Virus record (IMG/VR): IMGVR_UViG_3300021475_000010
Span: 6,173 to 70,172 of that record
From: a virus
Direction: 5' to 3' (one strand)
Length of the DNA: 64,000 bases
Shown here: positions 14,569 through 23,249 of the stretch, one piece after another
Layout: the number at the start of each line of letters is the position of its first letter
Position numbering within the stretch: position 1 is the first letter of the stretch
Program-made: the position numbers and the translations under genes
Notes under the pieces: generated by a model
Told to the model about the DNA's origin: nothing
The model's database searches: none
Seen by the model: only the letters and a program-made list of their open reading frames with translations

Positions 14569-16581
14569 ATGACCAGGGCCAAGGTCAAAATCGAGCGGTG
14601 GGGCGATGACCGTATAGCAGCGGTCATCCCCTTTCCGTTCGGCAGAGACGCTCGCACCCGCGTGCCAGGGTCAAGCGCCGTCTGGGATCGCACTGTCTTC
14701 CCCGAGCGGTTCCGGTTCTGGAGCTACCCGCTCACCATGTACACCTGCAGGCGGTTCAGGGAAGTGTTTGAGGATAGCCTCGACATCGGCCCCGAGCTGA
14801 CGGAATGGGCATGGGACAACAGGCGCACTGAAGAGTCGCTTGAAGAACTCCGCGCGGGCGGCGCGGATGTAGACCTGCCTACCGTGCGCGCGGACGCGCC
14901 CGAGCTATGGAATGCTCTGCTAGCGCGCCCATACCAGATAGAGGGCGCAGCGTTCATCATTGCGGGCAAGCGCGTGTGCCTCGGCGACGAACCCAGGCTA
15001 GGCAAAACGTACCAGGCGCTCGCAGCAGCCATCGAGTCCGGGTCAGAGGCAGTCCTCATCGCCTGCCCTCGCACTGCAGTACGCAGCGTCTGGTATCGCA
15101 AGATCAAGGAACTGGTCGGCGAAGAGGCATTCGTTGCGCAAGGCGATCATGCGAAGCGAGAGCTGACCATCAGGCAGTTCCACAAGACACCAGGCCCGCG
15201 CTTTCTCATCATCAACAAGGAGATGATGCGCGTCCGTCGCATGTACCGTTGCAAGCTGCGACCGGATGAGGCCGACGAATGGGTCAAGGTCAAGGGCAAG
15301 CGTAACCCCGTCCCCAAGATCAAAGGAGTCATCGGCTGGCCAGAGCGCGCACAGCGTCCCGCCCACAAGGGCGGCTGCTACAAGAGCCATCCGCACGACA
15401 GCGTTGAGTACCCAGAGTTCCCTGGCCTGTTCAGCAAGCCATTCGACATGATCATCCTCGACGAGAGCCATCACGCCCTGGCGACTACCAAGCACGTCAT
15501 CAGCGGAGGCATCTCGCAGATCAGGCTCGGCGCAATGAAGCTGCCGTTCCATGCGAACACGATCAAGGTAGCTAGCTCGGGCACCCCGTTCCGCAGTAGC
15601 AACCTCAAGGCGTGGGGCACGCTCAACTGGCTATGGCCCGACATCTTCTCTAGCTTCTGGCGATTCGCAGAAGAGCACTGGGGCACTACACCTACAGGAT
15701 TCCAAGGCGCCAAGGTCATCGGCAAGAAGCTCAAGGACGAGGTCAAGTTCCGCGACATGCTCCGGCCCTACTACCTCGCGCGGACCAAGGCCGAGGTCGC
15801 GCCCTATCTCAAGCCGGTCGAGTATGCTGGCACACATCCGCCCGGCCACCCCGACGGGCCTGTCGGTATCTACCTTGACATGGTCACTGAGAGCGGTATG
15901 CCGACACGTCAGGGCAAGGCGTATCTCCAGATGGAGCAGATGGGCCTGACAACACTCGCGAACGGCAGGCGGCTCACGGCCAACGGCGTGCTCGCAGAGC
16001 TGACCAGGCTCAAGCAGTTCAGCTCGGCCTACGGCACCTGGCGACTCGACCAGTTCTACCCGGAGGTCCCAAGCATCAAGCTGGAGTGGATACTTGACTT
16101 CCTAGCCGAACGCGAAGCGCTAGACGGCAAGGTCGTCATAGCCTCACAGTTCACGAAGTTCGTCAAGTTCTACGCCAAGCACATCCGCAAGGCAGGATGG
16201 GAAGTCGTCACAATAACTGGCGAGACAAGCGACCAGCGACGGCTCGACGTGCAGGACCTGTTCATGCAGAAGAATGGACCACGTGTCTGCATCATCAACA
16301 TGTTCGCGGGCGGCGAGGCTATCGACCTCAGCTCTGCCGACGAGATCGTGCTCACAGACGAGCCATGGTCAGCTCACATCATTGAGCAGACCGAGAACCG
16401 CATCCAGAACCTAGCCAAGCGCAACCAGACAACAGTATACCGGCTCCGCGCGGCGGGTACTATCGAGCAGGACATCGCAGGCATGACAAGCGAGCAGCTT
16501 GCAGCGCTACTAGCGGGCAAGCCTGAGGCCCTGGATGAGCTGCTCGATGCACGAGACGCACGCATGGAAGAGGCAGCATAA
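14569..16581 (+). CDS. SNF2-family helicase/ATPase
   Basis: RPYQ, GDEPRLGKT, ILDESH, SGTP, VVIASQF, GGEAIDLS, QTENRI. Confidence 0.92.
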   Translation: MTRAKVKIERWGDDRIAAVIPFPFGRDARTRVPGSSAVWDRTVFPERFRFWSYPLTMYTCRRFREVFEDSLDIGPELTEWAWDNRRTEESLEELRAGGADVDLPTVRADAPELWNALLARPYQIEGAAFIIAGKRVCLGDEPRLGKTYQALAAAIESGSEAVLIACPRTAVRSVWYRKIKELVGEEAFVAQGDHAKRELTIRQFHKTPGPRFLIINKEMMRVRRMYRCKLRPDEADEWVKVKGKRNPVPKIKGVIGWPERAQRPAHKGGCYKSHPHDSVEYPEFPGLFSKPFDMIILDESHHALATTKHVISGGISQIRLGAMKLPFHANTIKVASSGTPFRSSNLKAWGTLNWLWPDIFSSFWRFAEEHWGTTPTGFQGAKVIGKKLKDEVKFRDMLRPYYLARTKAEVAPYLKPVEYAGTHPPGHPDGPVGIYLDMVTESGMPTRQGKAYLQMEQMGLTTLANGRRLTANGVLAELTRLKQFSSAYGTWRLDQFYPEVPSIKLEWILDFLAEREALDGKVVIASQFTKFVKFYAKHIRKAGWEVVTITGETSDQRRLDVQDLFMQKNGPRVCIINMFAGGEAIDLSSADEIVLTDEPWSAHIIEQTENRIQNLAKRNQTTVYRLRAAGTIEQDIAGMTSEQLAALLAGKPEALDELLDARDARMEEAA

Positions 16582-16728
16582 TGGGGAAGCACGGACCCAC
16601 CGCAAAGCTATGGCCAAGCATCCTCGGCCTCGTCGCTGCAGCATGCGCGGTCGCGGCGCTCCTTATCCTGGTCTTCGCTTTTCCGCAATGGCACCCATAG
16701 GTCGCCGGAAAATACCTGGTCGGACGAT

Positions 16729-16757
16729 TCGACTTTCGGCCTAAAGTACGGTAGACT
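16729..16757 (+). promoter_or_regulatory. putative promoter TCGACT-N17-TAGACT
   Basis: Near-identical to 32681-32709 and 22186-22214. Confidence 0.8.
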
Positions 16758-16762
16758 TAGGG

Positions 16763-16784
16763 TACTAACTTAACGAACGAAATA
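16763..16784 (+). promoter_or_regulatory. operator-like motif TACTAACTTAACGAACGAAATA
   Basis: Copy of the 1917-1970 motif at the predicted transcription start. Confidence 0.65.
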
Positions 16785-16805
16785 GGCAAGAGGGAAGGAG
16801 GGCGA

Positions 16806-18128
16806 GTGCCAACATCAAGAGACGAGCTTCTGCGGCCGGTACTACCGGACGACGCGCTGTACGGTCTTCCAGGCAGGGTCGCGCTGAAGCTCGCCGAATC
16901 AACCGGGGCTGACCCGGCTTCGATTCTCGGTATGTTCATGACGAGCTTCGGCAACGCGATAGGCAGGCAGCCGCACGTCATGTTCTACGGCCACGACGAG
17001 CCTGGACTGCTGTTCACACTGATCGTCGGCAAGTGGGCTCGCGGCCGTAAGGGTACGGCGTGGAACGCAGTCAAGAAGCTGTTCGGTCAGGCTGAGCCAG
17101 AGTGGTCAGCAAACCGGATCGAGTCCGGGCTCCAGTCGTCTGAGGCAATGATCGAGGCCGTCGCGGACAGCCCGAACGGTGACCCGAGACTGCTGATCCT
17201 GGAGACTGAGTTCGCCCGGTTCATTGCAGCGATGTCGGCTCAGCGCAAGTTCGCCTCGCGGATGCGTACCGCGTACGACGGCGAGACGCTAGCCGCAAGG
17301 CGGGTCAAGCAGCCACCGCTGATCTCAACGCAGCACATGATCAGCATCATCGGCATGATCACTCCGGGCGAGCTACTCGCCCTGATGAAGATGTCGGGCG
17401 GGCTCGAAAGCAGGATGCTCTATTTCTACTCCGCCCCCGCGCGTAAGACAAGAACCGATCCGTTCAAGGTTGACGAGAGCGAGATCAACCTAGCCGATGA
17501 GGTCAAGGAAGCGATCGGGCACGCGTGGGATAGCATACTGCTAACATGCGGGCCGATCACCGCTGCACTGGCAGAGCTGCGGGGCGTCGCTCCCAAGACC
17601 AAGTTCCCGATCGCCGATGACGTCGCGGAACGGTGGAAGGATGAGATCGAGCCTGCAATCGAGGACATCGCCGACGCTGTAGGCGAGGACTACGAGCGCT
17701 ACACGGCCCGAGCCCAGACGCACGTTGTCCGTCTCGCCCTACTCTACGCGCTCGCGGACGGGGCAAGCGAGATAGACTGGCCGCACATCAAGGCAGCGAT
17801 GGCGCTTACCGAGTTCTGCATGTTCTCGGCGCGGCGTATCTTCTCTGTCCCCGACGATCCCAAGCCGAAGATCAGCCCGCTCCAAGAGGGCAAGGTGTTC
17901 GACTTCCTGCTGGAACTGACGCGGGACGCGGAACTGTCGGGAGACGAGGATGACGCCTGGGCGTCAATCGTCGAGATCACGAACGACGTGCTCAGCAACA
18001 ACACGCCGGGTACGCCGATCCTCGATGACCTCGAAGAGCAGGGGCTCGTGCAGAAGCGGACTATACGGACGGGGAATAAGGGCAAGCCCCGAGTCGAGTA
18101 CCGTGCAGTAATTAGTTCGTTAACTTAG
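16806..18128 (+). CDS. DUF3987/YfjI-like P-loop protein with C-terminal wHTH
   Basis: ALYGLPG, ADPA, LIVG...RGRKGTA, LILETEF, MRTAYDG, ISIIGMITP, RLALLYAL, G..GKP. Confidence 0.8.
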   Translation: MPTSRDELLRPVLPDDALYGLPGRVALKLAESTGADPASILGMFMTSFGNAIGRQPHVMFYGHDEPGLLFTLIVGKWARGRKGTAWNAVKKLFGQAEPEWSANRIESGLQSSEAMIEAVADSPNGDPRLLILETEFARFIAAMSAQRKFASRMRTAYDGETLAARRVKQPPLISTQHMISIIGMITPGELLALMKMSGGLESRMLYFYSAPARKTRTDPFKVDESEINLADEVKEAIGHAWDSILLTCGPITAALAELRGVAPKTKFPIADDVAERWKDEIEPAIEDIADAVGEDYERYTARAQTHVVRLALLYALADGASEIDWPHIKAAMALTEFCMFSARRIFSVPDDPKPKISPLQEGKVFDFLLELTRDAELSGDEDDAWASIVEITNDVLSNNTPGTPILDDLEEQGLVQKRTIRTGNKGKPRVEYRAVISSLT

Positions 18129-18130
18129 TA
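18115..18130 (-). promoter_or_regulatory. operator-like motif, inverted copy
   Basis: Reverse complement TACTAAGTTAACGAAC overlapping the DUF3987 stop codon. Confidence 0.6.
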
Positions 18131-18180
18131 CGACCGCCTCGACAAACCTACTAAGGAAACTAAGGAATAAGGACAAGACC

Positions 18181-18363
18181 GTGAACATAGGCGAAGAAGA
18201 AGAAGCAATTGAGGTTCCGATGCCTCTCGCGCCCGGCAAGCAGCCGGTACACGAGCCCTCCCCGCAGGTCGAGCCCGTTAAGGAGCCTGCTCACGCTCGC
18301 CACCTGCACTTCCACACGAGCGAGGGCAAGATCGAGAAGATGGAGCTGGCTGACAATGGCTGA
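18181..18363 (+). CDS. small Glu/Pro-rich protein
   Basis: MNIGEEEEAIEVPMP...EPSPQVEPVKEPA, preceded by three TAAGGA repeats. Confidence 0.6.
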   Translation: MNIGEEEEAIEVPMPLAPGKQPVHEPSPQVEPVKEPAHARHLHFHTSEGKIEKMELADNG

Positions 18364-19078
18364 CCACATCGGCGACGACATCCTGTCGGACGGCACTCCG
18401 GTGCCGGACGTACCGCAGACCTTCCTCGCGTTCCGTACCTGGAGGCTGAGCGAGAGCAACAGGCTGCTCAGCATCAACGCGCCTAACCTCACGGGCAAGG
18501 CCGGAGGCTCCGGCCAGCAAGGCGTCCGCAAGATCGGATGGATACATCGCCACCTGGCAGACGAAGAGGGCCAGAACGGATGGCCGATCGCGGAACCGCT
18601 TATGGCGCACTGCGGCGTCAAGGGCGCGGCTGCAGAGGCGAACCCCGATCACGGCAAGATTCCGTCCAAGGAATGCTCGTGCGGTATCTACGCGACGACC
18701 GAGATCAAGGTCATCAACAGCTACCTCGGCAACGAGCAGTACATGGGCGTGGCCATCCGGGGTCCGGTGCTCGGCATTGTCGAGATGGGCGGCAAGGTTA
18801 TCCCCGCAACGCAAGGCTACCGCGCCCGGTACGCGCGGGTTGCCGGGATCATCGCCATCGGCGACGTGTTCTCGCTCTCCCACTCGCACTTGCTCCAGAT
18901 CGCGGAGCTATACCAGGTGCCGTTGCTCGACGACATCTCCAAGGACCCCGAAGACTACCGCCAGGCCATCGGCCAGATGCCTGCGGTCACTGATCCCTCG
19001 TCCATCGGCGATGAGCTGGAGGAATGGCTGAAGGGCGAAGAGGACAAGAAGAAAGATGATGAGGAGGGAGGTGAATGA
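18356..19078 (+). CDS. hypothetical protein with C...H..P...CxCG(I)YA motif
   Basis: AFRTWRL, HC, HGKIPSKECSCGIYA, GKVI....GYRARYAR. Confidence 0.75.
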   Translation: MADHIGDDILSDGTPVPDVPQTFLAFRTWRLSESNRLLSINAPNLTGKAGGSGQQGVRKIGWIHRHLADEEGQNGWPIAEPLMAHCGVKGAAAEANPDHGKIPSKECSCGIYATTEIKVINSYLGNEQYMGVAIRGPVLGIVEMGGKVIPATQGYRARYARVAGIIAIGDVFSLSHSHLLQIAELYQVPLLDDISKDPEDYRQAIGQMPAVTDPSSIGDELEEWLKGEEDKKKDDEEGGE

Positions 19079-19338
19079 CCGTGCCAACCACAACTAGGAA
19101 GGGCCATCGCCAAGTGGGTGAGGGAGGTGAGCCGCAGTTCTCGTTCTGGCTGTTCATCGAGGCGCTGCAGGATGCGCGAGGCGGCGAGGGAATGTCGCCC
19201 CTGGAGCTGGCCAATGAGATGGGCGCCAGTCACGAGGCTGTAGCTCGCTGGATGGCCGGGATCGCTGTCCCGAAGGCCGGATACCTCAAGAGAGCATCAC
19301 AGCTCTTGGGCAAGGCCCCTGAAGATTTCTACGAATAG
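19075..19338 (+). CDS. XRE-family HTH regulator
   Basis: GMSPLELANEMGASHEAVARWMAG..VP. Confidence 0.85.
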   Translation: MTVPTTTRKGHRQVGEGGEPQFSFWLFIEALQDARGGEGMSPLELANEMGASHEAVARWMAGIAVPKAGYLKRASQLLGKAPEDFYE

Positions 19339-19341
19339 GTA

Positions 19342-19370
19342 TAGCGTTCTGCCAGAGCGTACGCTATACT
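19342..19370 (+). promoter_or_regulatory. putative promoter TAGCGT-N17-TATACT
   Basis: Matches the promoter family. Confidence 0.75.
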
Positions 19371-19404
19371 CCCGGTAAGGCAGAATAACCCACTAGGAGG
19401 AAAG

Positions 19405-20085
19405 ATGCCAGCACGAGCCCGTGCCGCCCAGACCACCACTCGCCGTCGTCAGCGCGACCCCGAGCCCGAGCCTGAGGTCGAGGAGACCAAGGCCGCGTCC
19501 AACGGTGAGAAGGACTACACCGCCTACGCCGACAAGGACATCACGACCACGATGGAGGCGTTCGCCGACTTCCTGATCGACGAGGTGTACGAGGGCGAAC
19601 TGCCCGAGGACTATGACGAGGAATCGTTCCGCAAGGGCGTGTCCCTCGGCGGCTCCGTCCGCATGGACTTCCAGCGGTCCACCTACTGGGCCGAGGACCC
19701 GCGCAACCGCAAGAACCGCGAGCCCGAGGAAGATGATGAGGAAGAGGCCCCAGCCCCGCGTCGCAGCGGTCGCGCCTCGCGGCGAGCTGCAGAGGCCGAA
19801 GAGGCACCGGCCCCGCGCAGCAGGCGCGGCAAGGGCAAGCCCGCTCCCGACCCCGAGCCCGAGGATGACGACGAGCCCGAGGACATCGATGACGAGGACG
19901 TTGACGACGAGGACGTGGAGCCCGAGCCCGAGCCCGAGCCCGCCAAGCCCGCGCGTCGGTCACGTCGAGGCGCGGCTGCGCCAAAGGGTAAGGTAGCAGA
20001 AACCGAAGCCGAAGAGCCGGCAGCTCCGCGCCGGTCTCGTCGCGGCGGCAAGTCCGCTGAGGCGAGCGGCGCTGCGCCTTACTAG
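19405..20085 (+). CDS. acidic/Arg-block low-complexity protein
   Basis: AGGAGG RBS, own promoter and terminator, very high GC3. Confidence 0.85.
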   Translation: MPARARAAQTTTRRRQRDPEPEPEVEETKAASNGEKDYTAYADKDITTTMEAFADFLIDEVYEGELPEDYDEESFRKGVSLGGSVRMDFQRSTYWAEDPRNRKNREPEEDDEEEAPAPRRSGRASRRAAEAEEAPAPRSRRGKGKPAPDPEPEDDDEPEDIDDEDVDDEDVEPEPEPEPAKPARRSRRGAAAPKGKVAETEAEEPAAPRRSRRGGKSAEASGAAPY

Positions 20086-20094
20086 TGCAGTCGA

Positions 20095-20132
20095 GCGGAC
20101 GCCCCTAGCACCCTACCGCTAGGGGCGTCCGC
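20095..20132 (+). terminator. terminator hairpin
   Basis: Perfect 15-bp stem GCGGACGCCCCTAGC/GCTAGGGGCGTCCGC. Confidence 0.75.
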
Positions 20133-20140
20133 GAACAAGC

Positions 20141-20251
20141 GGAACCCCGTCTGGTATTGACGGTGAGGCTCTCTGAATGCGCGTGGGATGGACTTCGACC
20201 CCCTGTCCCCGACTATGCACAACCTCCCGAAGAATCGCCAGGCGGGGTTCC
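20141..20251 (+). ncRNA. putative rod-shaped structured RNA
   Basis: 14-bp closing stem GGAACCCCGTCTGG/CCAGGCGGGGTTCC, nested inner stems and a T-rich tail. Confidence 0.4.
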
Positions 20252-20270
20252 TTCATTTCTAGGAGCCAAA

Positions 20271-20525
20271 ATGTCAGTAGGATGGTCTCGCCGCAGGCCC
20301 GAAGAGCCCGACCACCCCGAGCACCCGTTCATACTCGCCGTCGTAGGAATCGACCCCGCTAACCCCGACGCGGTATCCGTCGCTAGGGTAGCGCTTCAGC
20401 CGGTACGGTACGCGGCCCCGGACGAATTGCAGGACGGCGTTATCGAGCCGACCGCAGTCTTCAAGCCGTGGCTACCGTTCACCGACTGGGACAATGTAGA
20501 GATCACGGTGGAGTACCATGACTGA
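20271..20525 (+). CDS. hypothetical protein
   Basis: AGGAG RBS before ATG 20271. Confidence 0.6.
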   Translation: MSVGWSRRRPEEPDHPEHPFILAVVGIDPANPDAVSVARVALQPVRYAAPDELQDGVIEPTAVFKPWLPFTDWDNVEITVEYHD

Positions 20526-21156
20526 TATCCTCTCGCTCGATGACCTGTTCCGCATGGAGATGGACCAGCTAGAAAAAGAGCACGGCCGCGACCCCGACCC
20601 TGACTCTTGGCGCTGGAGCCCATCAGACATTCGCCTCTGGGATGAGATGCTACGCACGGCGTACAACTACTACAGAGAAACTGATTCTCATAGCAGAGGG
20701 CCTATCTGCATATGGGAGGCCGGCAGCGGCATCGGCACCAAGCTGTACAGGGCCAAGCACGAGTACAACATGATCGAGTACGGCTTTGAGAGGTTCGACT
20801 ACTATGTCGCAGCCGCCCATGAGCTTGGCGTGGCCTGTGAGCAGCGCGACCTCAGCGACCTCGATGACCAACCGGCCTGGGAAGTGCCGGACATAGTCTT
20901 CACCGCTCGTCCGTTCAAGGATGACCTGCTTGAGGTCAAGTGGGAGCAGCTTATCCAAGACCGGATGCGTCCCGGCACTGTACTGATCTCAACGTTCACG
21001 GCGCGGAAACCATATGGCTGGACGGTGCTCTACCGAGCTACATTCCGTGGTGTTTGGGTTAAGCCCGATACATCACCGGACGAGCCCGAGAGCGTGCAGA
21101 GAGCCGTTACGCGATCGTTATACGTATCCGTCCCGGCCGGTAAACCTACCCGCTAG
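20518..21156 (+). CDS. class I SAM-dependent methyltransferase
   Basis: IWEAGSGIG (motif I), YGFE, DIVFTARPF, MRPGTVLI. Confidence 0.75.
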   Translation: MTDILSLDDLFRMEMDQLEKEHGRDPDPDSWRWSPSDIRLWDEMLRTAYNYYRETDSHSRGPICIWEAGSGIGTKLYRAKHEYNMIEYGFERFDYYVAAAHELGVACEQRDLSDLDDQPAWEVPDIVFTARPFKDDLLEVKWEQLIQDRMRPGTVLISTFTARKPYGWTVLYRATFRGVWVKPDTSPDEPESVQRAVTRSLYVSVPAGKPTR

Positions 21157-21217
21157 GTTAGGCGTCGTATAGGTAGGGCCGGGGAAAAGCCCTTGCCCAA
21201 ACAGCGGAAGGGACGAT

Positions 21218-22033
21218 ATGTCCAGCAAGAAGATGTGGGTCGCCGGTATGGGACTCGTGGCGGGGCTGACGCTCGCGGGATCAACGGCCGCAATGGCCGG
21301 GACGCCCAGTCCGTCTCCGAGCCCGAGCCAGCAGAGCACGTGTACCCCGGCTCCCAATCACACTGACTCGCCGTACGGCAGCCCGGCTGCGACACCGCAG
21401 TTCGGCTACAACCCGTGCCCGACGCCGGCACCCAAGCCGGTGTGCCCTGTCGTGGTCGCGCCGATCCCGCTGCCCATCGTTCCGGGCACGGACCTCCGCA
21501 ACTGCCGGGTCCACCAGCAGGAGTTCGACATCGCGGACACCGCGTTCCAGGTCTTCCCTGGACACCTCCGCGAGACGGACACGGTGCTCGGCTCCGGCCC
21601 CATTCGGTTCGACCTTGGCCGGGACGTCACCCTGACGTCCACGACCGATCGTCTCCGTGACCGCTTCGGCGACTCTGTCGTGATCCACCACGCCGCCCTC
21701 TCTGGCGTGACCGTGGACCGCGCAACCTGCTCTCTCAACATCGACCAGAACGATGTCCCCTGGTGGATCCGTGGAGGCGGAACCGGCATCGACCGCAACG
21801 AGATCGGCGCTGGCCTCTACGACCTGCGCGGAGTGGTCTCGTTCCCGACCCGCAACTTCGTCTGCTCTCTGCCGGTCGGCCTGACCGCCACCCAGGCGGC
21901 GAACGACCTCAACAGCAACACCGGTCTCCCGCTGCCCCTGATGTTCAACATCGGCGTCCAGGCCACCGGCTGGAGCGCCAACCTGCACAGGGACCGCGAC
22001 AACCACGACGTGCTGTCCTCGTACGTCCGCTAA
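21218..22033 (+). CDS. secreted protein of unknown function
   Basis: Sec signal peptide MSSKK...AAMA, Pro-rich linker, paired cysteines. Confidence 0.8.
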   Translation: MSSKKMWVAGMGLVAGLTLAGSTAAMAGTPSPSPSPSQQSTCTPAPNHTDSPYGSPAATPQFGYNPCPTPAPKPVCPVVVAPIPLPIVPGTDLRNCRVHQQEFDIADTAFQVFPGHLRETDTVLGSGPIRFDLGRDVTLTSTTDRLRDRFGDSVVIHHAALSGVTVDRATCSLNIDQNDVPWWIRGGGTGIDRNEIGAGLYDLRGVVSFPTRNFVCSLPVGLTATQAANDLNSNTGLPLPLMFNIGVQATGWSANLHRDRDNHDVLSSYVR

Positions 22034-22069
22034 CCCATCCGCCAGCTAGCCTAGCTAGCTCCTGACGCG

Positions 22070-22168
22070 GGGGCGTCCAGCCGCTGACCTGACTGGGCGC
22101 CCCTGCCCCATGTAAGACCTGTCTCGGGGGCAAGGGCCCAGTGGTGTCGAGGTGACCACTGGGCCCTT
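22070..22168 (+). terminator. three consecutive hairpins (terminator or 3' structure)
   Basis: Stems at 22070-22103, 22104-22132 and 22132-22168 (AAGGGCCCAGTGGT/ACCACTGGGCCCTT). Confidence 0.6.
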
Positions 22169-22185
22169 CCGCATTTCTAGGGGGC

Positions 22186-22214
22186 TAGACTTTCCGCCGT
22201 TCGTACGGTAGACT
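22186..22214 (+). promoter_or_regulatory. putative promoter TAGACT-N17-TAGACT
   Basis: Matches the promoter family. Confidence 0.8.
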
Positions 22215-22250
22215 TAGCCTAGGCGGGAAGTCCAGGCAGGAGTAAGCCAT

Positions 22251-23240
22251 ATGAGTGCTGTACCTATCATCAGCAATAGCGAGCGGAACACCTTCGGCAG
22301 GTGCCCGCAGCGTTGGTGGTGGGCGTATATCGATGGCCTCCGTCCCAGGGCCAAGCCAGCCGACGCACTCTGGTTCGGTATAGGTGTCCATGAGGCTCTC
22401 GCGCTGTTCTATAACGAGGGATTTGAGCGCGGCCCACTTCCTGCCCTAACGTGGAAACAATGGGTTGGCGACGAGATCAGGTACATCAAGGCCAACTACG
22501 CGGATCATGACCGCGAATGGTTTGAGCAGCCCGTGTATGAAGACGCGGGCGATCTAGGCCAGGCAATGCTTGAAGCCTACGTAGGCGAGTATGGCTCCGA
22601 CCCGTACCTTGAGGTGCTGGCCGTCGAGCAGCCCTTCGAGCTAGAGCTTGTACGCGACGATGAGGTCATCGCGATCTTCATCGGAATCTTCGATGGCGTC
22701 GCCATCGACCACTGGTGGAACAACATGGTCCTCCTAGAGCACAAGACTGCCGGGACGATCAAGACCATGCACCTGGGACTGGACAATCAAGCGGGCTCCT
22801 ACTTCTCGGCCGCAACCATCGTACTCAGGCACCAGGGCATCATAGGCCCCAAGGATACCATCGACGGTATCAAGTATAACTTCCTCCGCAAGTCGAAGCC
22901 GGATGAGCGTCCGCGTAACCCCCAAGGTGCTTACCTCAACAAGGACCTCAGCGTTAGCAAGAAGCAACCCGCCAAGGCATTTGTGCGTGAGTTTGTGGAT
23001 CGTCATCCGCGTGAGGTCGGCAGTCAGATGCGACGACTAGCCAACGAGGTCTACGTCATGAACCTCGTACGCAACGGCACTCTGCCGGTCAACAAGGTGG
23101 TCACCGACATGTGCACCTACTGCCCGTTCTTCACGATGTGCACGATGCATGAGCGCGGCGGTAGGGAATGGATGGAATACCGAGACGCGATGTATACACG
23201 AGCCGAGCAATCACCGCTACGCAAGTCGGCGGCAGAGTAG
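22251..23240 (+). CDS. PD-(D/E)XK RecB/Cas4-like exonuclease
   Basis: ISNSE...F.RCPQRW, GIGVHEAL, AVEQPF, GIFDG, LEHKT, C-terminal CTYCPF...C. Confidence 0.9.
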   Translation: MSAVPIISNSERNTFGRCPQRWWWAYIDGLRPRAKPADALWFGIGVHEALALFYNEGFERGPLPALTWKQWVGDEIRYIKANYADHDREWFEQPVYEDAGDLGQAMLEAYVGEYGSDPYLEVLAVEQPFELELVRDDEVIAIFIGIFDGVAIDHWWNNMVLLEHKTAGTIKTMHLGLDNQAGSYFSAATIVLRHQGIIGPKDTIDGIKYNFLRKSKPDERPRNPQGAYLNKDLSVSKKQPAKAFVREFVDRHPREVGSQMRRLANEVYVMNLVRNGTLPVNKVVTDMCTYCPFFTMCTMHERGGREWMEYRDAMYTRAEQSPLRKSAAE

Positions 23241-23249
23241 GAGCACATC

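Noticed and set aside
22251-23240. Cas4-like nuclease as evidence of a CRISPR system
   Set aside because: It is the ordinary phage exonuclease of an exonuclease/Sak4/SSB module; no cas genes or array are present.
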